Of a DNA stretch of 24,000 bases, positions 17,047-24,000 are shown one piece after another. A program made the translations under genes and the position numbers. Position 1 is the stretch's first letter, and every line of letters starts with the position of its first letter. The DNA is from an uncultured Peptococcaceae bacterium (lineage in GTDB: Bacteria > Bacillota > Desulfitobacteriia > Desulfitobacteriales > Desulfitobacteriaceae), in NCBI GenBank assembly GCA_963529635.1, contig CAURZJ010000002.1:442071-466070 (forward strand). The letters run 5' to 3'. Under the pieces are notes generated by a model that saw only the letters and a list, made by a program, of their open reading frames with translations, ran no database searches and had not been told where the DNA came from.

Positions 17047-18029
17047 CTTGCACCCAATCCCCCTTCCCTTGCTTCTTCATATAAGAAGCAGCGTACTTTA
17101 TGCCCGTCCACCACTCGTAGTTCCGGCATCTCTTGGGTACAACGCTCCATACTCCGCTCACAACGGTCAGAAAAAGGACAGCCCGAGGGCATATGGAGAG
17201 GATTAGGGACCATCCCTTTAATCATATACAAGCGTTCATCACTATCATCGTCGATTTGCGGAATAGAACGCAACAAGCCCATGGTGTAAGGATGCAAGGG
17301 ATTAACAAATAAACTCCTGACATCCGCTTCTTCCACGATTTTACCGCAGTACATGACGATAACACGGTCGGCCGCTTCCGAAACCACGCCCAAATCGTGG
17401 GTGATAAGCAAAACCGCCATATGGAACTTTTCACGCAACCGATAAAGTAGTTCAAGAATCTGGGCCTGAATCGTAACATCAAGCGCTGTCGTCGGTTCGT
17501 CGGCAATCAGAAGTTCAGGCTCACAAGCCAGTGCCATAGCCGTCATCACTCTCTGGCGCATCCCTCCACTCATTTGGTGGGGATAATCGTTGGCGCGCTC
17601 CTCTGGAGAGGGAATCCCTACAGTATCTAGCATTTCAAGGGTCTTGTCTAAAGCTTCCTTTTTAGAAACCTTCATATGGGTCATAATACTTTCCATAAGC
17701 TGATCCTTAATGCGCATGACCGGATTCAGTGAGGTCATTGGTTCTTGGAAAATCATCGAGATTTGATTGCCCCGAATTTTTTGCAGTTCTTTATTACTTA
17801 GCTTCGTTAAATCCTGAGATTTAAAGAGGATTTCTCCGCCTGCAATCCTACCCGGATTTTGTAAAAGTCCTATAATGGAAAGTGAAGTTACACTTTTTCC
17901 TGAGCCGGACTCACCGACGATGGCCAAAATTTCACCCTTATCTATGGAAAAGCTGATATCATCAACTGCTTTCACTATGCCACGCTTCAGCCTAAATTCC
18001 GTGCTTAAGTCTTTTACTTCCAGCAACAT
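17043..18029 (-). CDS. dppD: Oligo/dipeptide ABC transporter ATP-binding protein (copy 1)
   Basis: [41 protein letters not shown]; start [12 protein letters not shown]. Confidence 0.92.
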   Translation of the reverse strand: MLLEVKDLSTEFRLKRGIVKAVDDISFSIDKGEILAIVGESGSGKSVTSLSIIGLLQNPGRIAGGEILFKSQDLTKLSNKELQKIRGNQISMIFQEPMTSLNPVMRIKDQLMESIMTHMKVSKKEALDKTLEMLDTVGIPSPEERANDYPHQMSGGMRQRVMTAMALACEPELLIADEPTTALDVTIQAQILELLYRLREKFHMAVLLITHDLGVVSEAADRVIVMYCGKIVEEADVRSLFVNPLHPYTMGLLRSIPQIDDDSDERLYMIKGMVPNPLHMPSGCPFSDRCERSMERCTQEMPELRVVDGHKVRCFLYEEAREGGLGAR

Positions 18030-18042
18030 ATTCTCACCGCCC

Positions 18043-18975
18043 TTATTTGATTCTGGACTTGGGATCAAGCGCATCTCGAAGCCCGTCTCCTAGCAGGTTA
18101 AAAGCCAGCACCGTAATCGTGATGGCAATACCGGGATAAATCAGCGTATAAGGTGCAGTAAAAATAAAGCCCCTAGCGCGGCCTAACATATCACCCCACT
18201 CTGCAAACGGCGGCTGGACACCCAGACCCAAAAAGCCCAGTGCTGCCGTGTCTAGGACAGCGGTCGAAATCCCTAGAGTCGCTCTGACAACAATCACTGA
18301 AATGACATTGGGCAAAATATGCTTATAAATAATCCTGCTAGGCTTATTCCCGATGACTTTAGCGGCTTGAACATAATCATTCTCCTTAACAGAGAGAATA
18401 CTTCCGCGCACAAGGCGTGCATACTCCGGAATGGACACGAGTCCGATAGCAATAATAGCTTTGTCTAAGCCTTTACCTAAAGCTGCCATGAACGCGATGG
18501 CCAGCAAAATCGACGGAATTGCTAACATCATGTCCATAACCCTCATGATTACGGTATCTGTCTTGCCACCGCGATAACCTGCAATGGCTCCAAAGATAAC
18601 ACCACTGGTCAATGAAATAGCAACGGCTGAAACGCCTACAAACAAGGAAATTTTTGTTCCATCCAAAATTCTACTGAACATATCTCGGCCCAATTGATCT
18701 GTCCCGAACCAGTGCTCGGCATTAGGTGAGATAAAACTCTTGCTCATGTCGGAATAATTGGGATCATAAGGCAGTATTTGCTTGCCCAACAACTCACTTA
18801 GCCATACGGTCAGGGCAATAAGCACCAAGCATCCGATGATAAAGAGCCCGACTACAGCTGCTTTGTTCTGTCTCAGAGTTTCCCACATAGCTTTAAGCTG
18901 TGATTCCGGTTTTTCCACGTATTCTGCAGCCTGTTGCGGATTGTTATCCAGATTCGAGATTTTTTCAATTTGCAT
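18043..18975 (-). CDS. dppC: Oligo/dipeptide ABC transporter permease
   Basis: HWFGTDQLGRDMFSRILDGTKISL, EYARLVRGSILSVKENDYVQAAKVIG. Confidence 0.92.
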   Translation of the reverse strand: MQIEKISNLDNNPQQAAEYVEKPESQLKAMWETLRQNKAAVVGLFIIGCLVLIALTVWLSELLGKQILPYDPNYSDMSKSFISPNAEHWFGTDQLGRDMFSRILDGTKISLFVGVSAVAISLTSGVIFGAIAGYRGGKTDTVIMRVMDMMLAIPSILLAIAFMAALGKGLDKAIIAIGLVSIPEYARLVRGSILSVKENDYVQAAKVIGNKPSRIIYKHILPNVISVIVVRATLGISTAVLDTAALGFLGLGVQPPFAEWGDMLGRARGFIFTAPYTLIYPGIAITITVLAFNLLGDGLRDALDPKSRIK

Positions 18976-18981
18976 ACCAAG

Positions 18982-19998
18982 CTACACCTCTTTTGTAGAA
19001 TATTTAATACGTGGATCGAGGAAGGCATAAATCACATCGACGACTAAGTTCATAAGCACGAAAATAGCAGCGACGAGCAGGACCACACCCTGGACCACAG
19101 GAAAATCCGACTTCAGAATGCAGGCCACAGTATAAGCGCCAATTCCTGGCCAGGAGAAAACAGTTTCGGTTAAAACGGCACCGCCGAGAAGACTACCCAG
19201 CTGTAAACCGATCACTGTGACAATAGGAATCAGGCCGTTTCGCAAGGCATGCTTGTAGACCACCCGGCCCTCCGAGATTCCTTTGGCCCGTGCAGTGCGG
19301 ATAAAATCCTGCTGCAAGGTATCCAGCATACTCGAACGCGTCATGCGGGTAATGATTGCCATAGAATACATAGCTAGGGCACTTGCTGGGAGGATAAGAT
19401 GCCGTAGAGCGTCCACAAAAGTGTTCTTGTCACCTGTCAGCAGGCTGTCAAGCAGATAAAATCCGGAAATGTGTATGGGCTGTAACAAAGGGTTAATTCT
19501 TCCGTTCGAGGGAAGCCAGTGTAAACTTCCTGAAAATAAAATAATGAGTAAAATACCGAGCCAAAAAATAGGCATAGAAACACCAACCAGAGCCAGAAGC
19601 ATACCGGCATTGTCCACAAGTGAGTTCTTTTTAACTGCTGAAATCACTCCAATGAGGATACCGAAAAAAGAGGCAATGATAATAGCCACAATTGCGAGCT
19701 CAATCGTCGCTGGAAAACGGGCAAATATCTCTTTTGTAACTGGCGTCTTGGTATAGTAAGATGTACCCAAGTCGCCTGTCAGAGCACCTACGAGAAAATG
19801 AAAGTACTGAAGATAGATTGGATCATTTAAACCGTTGGCTTGACGCCACGCCTCAGTAGCCTGCTGCGTTGCGTGCTGGCCCAAAACAATCGGAGCAGGA
19901 TCCGGTGAAAAAACGCGCATGATGAGGAATACAATGATGGATACCCCTAGTAATACGGGAATTAACATCAAGATACGATTAATGATATATTTGAGCAT
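18982..19998 (-). CDS. dppB: Oligo/dipeptide ABC transporter permease
   Basis: MLKYIINRILMLIPVLLGVSIIVFL, MTRSSMLDTLQQDFIRTARAKGISEGRVVYKHALRNGLIP. Confidence 0.92.
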   Translation of the reverse strand: MLKYIINRILMLIPVLLGVSIIVFLIMRVFSPDPAPIVLGQHATQQATEAWRQANGLNDPIYLQYFHFLVGALTGDLGTSYYTKTPVTKEIFARFPATIELAIVAIIIASFFGILIGVISAVKKNSLVDNAGMLLALVGVSMPIFWLGILLIILFSGSLHWLPSNGRINPLLQPIHISGFYLLDSLLTGDKNTFVDALRHLILPASALAMYSMAIITRMTRSSMLDTLQQDFIRTARAKGISEGRVVYKHALRNGLIPIVTVIGLQLGSLLGGAVLTETVFSWPGIGAYTVACILKSDFPVVQGVVLLVAAIFVLMNLVVDVIYAFLDPRIKYSTKEV

Positions 19999-20100
19999 CA
20001 GCAACAACCTTTCGATAAAAACAAAACCGGGAACCGGTATAAAACCGGTCCTCGGCAGTTTAGATAATTAGACTCTACCGGAGTTTTCCCATGACTAACC

Positions 20101-20141
20101 GCCACTAAGGCTCACATCTTCTTGTGGGAGATAAGTGGCGC
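20101..20141 (-). other. Intercistronic RNA hairpin between dppA and dppB
   Basis: CGCCACT (20101-20107)/AGTGGCG (20135-20141), with inner CTCACA/TGTGGG and 6-nt loop; no U-tract. Confidence 0.6.
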
Positions 20142-20205
20142 TAAGCCCTGGATAACTCAACTAAACTTCAGATGTAGTCAATACTCCACCTGAAGTAAGT
20201 TTCCT

Positions 20206-21780
20206 TTATTTCTTGGATACCCCAGCAAACGGTGTAATACCTGTCATATGGAAATAGAAATTTTGAACACTGGGCTTATAGGCACAAAGTGTTTGGGCAT
20301 GAGAAATCGGAAGCCACGCAGCATCAGCAGCGGCAATTTTCTCGAGTTGGGTATAGATTGCATTGCGTTGAGCTCCCGCTGGAGTAACTAACCCTTTTTC
20401 AATTAAGCTATTAAATTCAGCATTTTTATAGAGAGCGATATTCATTGATGCGTCATCAACGGATAAGAGGTACATGAAATTGTCCGGGTCCCCATTATCA
20501 CCGATCCAACCATAGAAGGCAATATCATAGTCGCCTGCTTTCACTTTCTGCTTATACGTGGTCCAGTCATAGGAATCAATCGTAACCTTTACACCAACTT
20601 TGGAGAGATAACCTTGAATAGCTTCCCCTAGGACCTGGCCAGTAGCAGCATTGTAAGGTCTTGGGTTTGTATAAGTAATCATATGCAAAGAGGTTAATCC
20701 GGCATCTTTCAACGTCTTAGCAGCAGCGGTGGGATCATAAGCAACTTGGGAGATGCCCTTGTCATACCCTTCCATAAAGGTCGGGAGAATGGAAGTCGCG
20801 GTTTCGGAATAGCCCTGATACAGGCTCTTCACCATTTCCGGGACATTAATGGCCTGAGAAATAGCTACTCTAAGTTTTTGATCGTTAAAAGGCTTCTTAG
20901 AAGTGTTGTAAGCCATGTAGTTGATATTCATGCCCGGGGCTTGGAAGACCTTATTCCCAGCATCAGTAATCTGCTTAACGACGGTCGCATCGATACCATC
21001 GATGATATCTGCCTCACCGTTGTTGAGGGCCACAACCCGAGCTGAGTTGTCCTTAATGAATTTAAAGATAACATTCTTGGTTAAAGCCTTAGTGCCCCAA
21101 TATTGATCATTGCGGACTAAGACGATGCTTTGATCCTTATCCCATTTAACAAACTTATAAGGGCCAGTGCCGACAGGAGTTTGGTTAACATTATTGTTAT
21201 TGTCCTTTAATGCCTTAGGGCTAACAATCGGCGCAGCCATAATCATGGCCAAATTCGCAAGGAACGGTGTACTGGGAGCAGTCAAATTCACTTTAACCGT
21301 CTTCTTGTCTACGACTTCCACGTTTTTTACAGAACCGTAGACGAAAGAAGCATAGGCCATATCTTGCGTCACCTGTGGTGGTAACTGGCGATCGATATTG
21401 ACCTTCACAGCGTCAGCATCAAAATCTGTACCATCCTGGAACTTAACACCCTCTTGAAGATGGAAGGTGTAGGTTAGCCCGTCAGTACTGACATCCCAGC
21501 TTTTAGCTAAGGAAGGCTCGACCTTAGTAGAATCCTTATTGTACTTCAAAAGCCCTTCGTAAATATTACTCATGACCTTCGCAGACTCACCGTCATCAAC
21601 GAGTGAGGGATCTAGACCTCTAGGCTCTGCACCCTGAGCATAAATCAGCGTATCATTGGGATTGGGTGCGCTGTTACTCGGTGCGCTGCTCGTTGTGCTG
21701 CTGCCGCCACAACCTGTTAAGGAAACACCAATTAGTGCTGTGGCCAGAGCGAGAGCAATAAACTTCTTTACTCTTCTCAT
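20206..21780 (-). CDS. dppA: Peptide ABC transporter substrate-binding lipoprotein
   Basis: Lipobox LTGCGG, LAKSWDVSTDGLTYTFHLQEGVKFQDGTDFDADAVKVNIDR typical of SBP family 5. Confidence 0.92.
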   Translation of the reverse strand: MRRVKKFIALALATALIGVSLTGCGGSSTTSSAPSNSAPNPNDTLIYAQGAEPRGLDPSLVDDGESAKVMSNIYEGLLKYNKDSTKVEPSLAKSWDVSTDGLTYTFHLQEGVKFQDGTDFDADAVKVNIDRQLPPQVTQDMAYASFVYGSVKNVEVVDKKTVKVNLTAPSTPFLANLAMIMAAPIVSPKALKDNNNNVNQTPVGTGPYKFVKWDKDQSIVLVRNDQYWGTKALTKNVIFKFIKDNSARVVALNNGEADIIDGIDATVVKQITDAGNKVFQAPGMNINYMAYNTSKKPFNDQKLRVAISQAINVPEMVKSLYQGYSETATSILPTFMEGYDKGISQVAYDPTAAAKTLKDAGLTSLHMITYTNPRPYNAATGQVLGEAIQGYLSKVGVKVTIDSYDWTTYKQKVKAGDYDIAFYGWIGDNGDPDNFMYLLSVDDASMNIALYKNAEFNSLIEKGLVTPAGAQRNAIYTQLEKIAAADAAWLPISHAQTLCAYKPSVQNFYFHMTGITPFAGVSKK

Positions 21781-21842
21781 TTCTTACCTCCTAATTCTCC
21801 CTTGTAATAGAATACCTGGAATTTATACCATATTTTACTATA

Positions 21843-21871
21843 ACTATAGTAATTCCAGAATAGTATGTCAA
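21843..21871 (-). promoter_or_regulatory. Promoter of peptide transporter operon 1
   Basis: Minus strand TTGACA (21866-21871), exactly 17 nt, TATAGT (21843-21848); an 8-bp inverted repeat CTGGAATT/AATTCCAG (21816-21823, 21851-21858) spans the -10. Confidence 0.8.
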
Positions 21872-21926
21872 TATTTTAATTTACGAATTAAATAGTATGG
21901 GTTTTAGGACATTAACCCTATTACAA

Positions 21927-21963
21927 GAAAACGGGTTCAGCGATTATTTACGCTGAACCCGTT
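21927..21963 (-). terminator. Intrinsic terminator of the upstream peptide transporter operon (copy 2)
   Basis: AACGGGTTCAGCG (21930-21942)/CGCTGAACCCGTT (21951-21963), perfect 13-bp stem, minus-strand TTTTCTT. Confidence 0.85.
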
Positions 21964-22061
21964 CGTTAACTTGTTACTGAAATTCAATATATTTATATTA
22001 ACATGCTACTTTATATTTCATGCCACTCAATGCCGTAATACAATTTGAACCCACTCTAAAT

Positions 22062-23030
22062 TCAAGCAAATAAATGACAAGCGACAAAGTGATTAGGAGA
22101 AACCTCTTTTAAAGCAGGCTCCTTAAGCTTACATTGCTCAAACGCCTTAAAGCAACGGGAAGAAAAACGGCAGCCTGCCGGAGGATTAATGGGGCTGGGT
22201 ACGTCACCCTCTAAAATGATGCGTTCCTTCTTCTTTTCCGGATTAATCACGGGAATAGCAGAAAGCAGAGCTTGTGTATAGGGGTGAAGTGGATTGGCGT
22301 AGAGCTCTTTCTTTGGTGCGATTTCCATGAGTTTTCCCAGATACATCACCCCAACTCGGTCACTGATATGTTTAACCACGTTCAAGCCATGGGCGATGAA
22401 GAGATAGGTCAGCCCGAACTCCTCCTTCAGGTCATCCAACAGATTCAATACCTGAGCTTGAATGGACACATCCAGGGCAGAGACCGGTTCGTCACAGACA
22501 ATCAGCTTCGGCTCCACAGCCAGTGCGCGGGCAATCCCTACACGTTGGCGTTGTCCACCGGAGAATTCATGGGGATAACGGTTACGTTGGTGGCGAGCTA
22601 GCCCGACACAGTTGAGAAGATAAATAACACGTTCTTCTACCTGATTCATCGGCAACAATTTATTGATAATGATCGGTTCAGCGATGATGTCGCCAATGGT
22701 CATTTTAGGATTTAAGGACGCGTAAGGGTCCTGGAAAATCATTTGGATATCCTTACAGTAAGAACGACGCTGCTCTTCGTTCAGAGCCGTCAGATCCTTT
22801 CCCTCAAAGAGGATTTTACCACTCGTAGGGCTGTAAAGATTGACCAGGATTTTACCAAGCGTTGTTTTTCCGCAGCCGGATTCCCCAACAAGCCCAAACG
22901 CCTCTCCTTTTTTAATGTTAAGAGATACGCCATCAACAGCTTTTAAGACATTGACTGGTTTACCTAGGAAATTGGTATCGACCACAAAGTGCTTAGCCAG
23001 GTTTTGGATATCCATTAATACTTCACTCAT
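22062..23030 (-). CDS. dppF: Oligo/dipeptide ABC transporter ATP-binding protein (copy 2)
   Basis: Nearly identical to 16072-17046; real start [15 protein letters not shown] inside the listed longer ORF. Confidence 0.92.
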   Translation of the reverse strand: MSEVLMDIQNLAKHFVVDTNFLGKPVNVLKAVDGVSLNIKKGEAFGLVGESGCGKTTLGKILVNLYSPTSGKILFEGKDLTALNEEQRRSYCKDIQMIFQDPYASLNPKMTIGDIIAEPIIINKLLPMNQVEERVIYLLNCVGLARHQRNRYPHEFSGGQRQRVGIARALAVEPKLIVCDEPVSALDVSIQAQVLNLLDDLKEEFGLTYLFIAHGLNVVKHISDRVGVMYLGKLMEIAPKKELYANPLHPYTQALLSAIPVINPEKKKERIILEGDVPSPINPPAGCRFSSRCFKAFEQCKLKEPALKEVSPNHFVACHLFA

Positions 23031-24000
23031 TTGCACTCGATCCCCCTTCCCTTGTTTCTTCATATAAGAAGCAGCGAACCTTATGCCCTTCAATATCCTG
23101 CAGTTCCGGCATTGCTTGGGTACAGCGTTCCATACTCTGCTCACAACGGTCAGAGAAAGAGCAACCTGACGGCATATTAAGAGGATTAGGGACCATCCCC
23201 TTAATCATATACAAGCGTTCGTCACTATCATCATCGATTTGCGGAATGGAACGCAGCAAGCCCATGGTGTAAGGATGCAAGGGATTAACAAATAAACTCC
23301 TGACATCCGCTTCTTCCACGATTTTACCGCAGTACATGACGATAACACGGTCGGCCGCTTCCGAAACCACGCCCAAATCGTGGGTGATAAGCAAAACCGC
23401 CATATGGAACTTTTCACGCAACCGATAAAGTAGTTCAAGAATCTGGGCCTGAATCGTAACATCAAGCGCTGTCGTCGGTTCGTCGGCAATCAGAAGTTCA
23501 GGCTCACAAGCAAGGGCAAGGGCCGTCATCACCCTCTGGCGCATCCCTCCACTCATTTGGTGAGGATAATCGTTAGCCCTTTGAGCTGCAGAGGGAATCC
23601 CTACTGTATCCAGCATTTCGATAGCACGTTCGAGAGCCTCTTTTTTAGAAATCTTCATATGGGTCATAATGCTTTCCATAATCTGATCCTTAATACGCAT
23701 GACCGGATTCAGTGAGGTCATTGGCTCTTGGAAAATCATCGAGATTTGGTTGCCCCGAATCTTCTGCAGTTCTCTCTGATTCAATTTCGTTAAATCCTGC
23801 GATTTAAAGAGGATTTCTCCGCCTGATATCCTACCGGGCTTTTGTAAAAGTCCCATAACAGAAAGAGACGTCACACTTTTTCCTGAGCCGGACTCACCGA
23901 CAACAGCCAAAATCTCGCCCTTATCTATGGAAAAGCTGATATCATCGACTGCCTTGACAATCCCACGTTTCAGCTTAAATTCCGTACTTAAATTCTTAAC
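23023..24000 (-). CDS. dppD: Oligo/dipeptide ABC transporter ATP-binding protein (copy 2), 5' end beyond window
   Basis: Nearly identical to 17043-18029; frame continues past 24000 upstream of the listed ORF start. Confidence 0.9.
   Translation of the reverse strand, partial: VKNLSTEFKLKRGIVKAVDDISFSIDKGEILAVVGESGSGKSVTSLSVMGLLQKPGRISGGEILFKSQDLTKLNQRELQKIRGNQISMIFQEPMTSLNPVMRIKDQIMESIMTHMKISKKEALERAIEMLDTVGIPSAAQRANDYPHQMSGGMRQRVMTALALACEPELLIADEPTTALDVTIQAQILELLYRLREKFHMAVLLITHDLGVVSEAADRVIVMYCGKIVEEADVRSLFVNPLHPYTMGLLRSIPQIDDDSDERLYMIKGMVPNPLNMPSGCSFSDRCEQSMERCTQAMPELQDIEGHKVRCFLYEETREGGSSANE

Noticed and set aside
17222-17506. 94-aa minus-strand ORF (and its twin at 23205-23489)
   Set aside because: Apparent conservation is explained by the dppD duplication; it is an alternate frame inside dppD.
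21781-22061. T-box or SAM riboswitch in the dppA leader
   Set aside because: No T-box sequence (GGGTGGNACCGCG) or SAM-I core; the perfect hairpin here is a terminator upstream of the promoter.
22272-22601. 109-aa plus-strand ORF (and 77-aa counterpart at 16288-16521)
   Set aside because: Antisense to dppF; conserved only because dppF is duplicated and strongly constrained.
1-24000. CRISPR arrays, tRNA or rRNA genes, intact transposases or prophage genes
   Set aside because: Scanned for regularly spaced repeats and RNA-gene hallmarks and found none; the only regular repeats are the four 11-mers at 7510-7553, too short and contiguous for CRISPR.

Overview
This looks like a window from an anaerobic Gram-positive (Peptococcaceae-like) chromosome; the taxonomy is my inference. 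Gene content: 3' end of cobS; PLP-dependent aminotransferase; signal peptidase I; GAF/GGDEF protein; TVP38/TMEM64 membrane protein; a pspA plus TIM44-like pair; a two-subunit NO reductase-like pair (norC, norB); glycerate kinase; CDF metal transporter; an arsR-hgcA-hgcB cluster; a cell-wall-binding-repeat/VanW protein; and a complete dpp/opp-type peptide ABC operon, with the distal end (dppD-dppF) of a second near-identical copy at the right edge. The strongest findings are: (1) hgcAB, the mercury-methylation pair (HgcA motif NVWCAAGKG, HgcB ending in CC), behind an ArsR-type regulator whose promoter is covered by a perfect 19+19 bp inverted repeat at 14051-14094; (2) a probable orphan yybP-ykoY-class (Mn2+) riboswitch on the minus strand near 7650-7820 with a sigma-A-like promoter and an intrinsic terminator but no recognisable regulated gene; (3) four exactly phased 11-bp direct repeats (7510-7553) upstream of a -10-like element for pspA, as expected for an OmpR-family response regulator; (4) a ~226-nt highly structured intergenic element (607-832) closed by a 16-bp stem; (5) tandem duplication of the peptide transporter operon with uneven divergence. 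No CRISPR array, rRNA, tRNA or intact transposase was seen.
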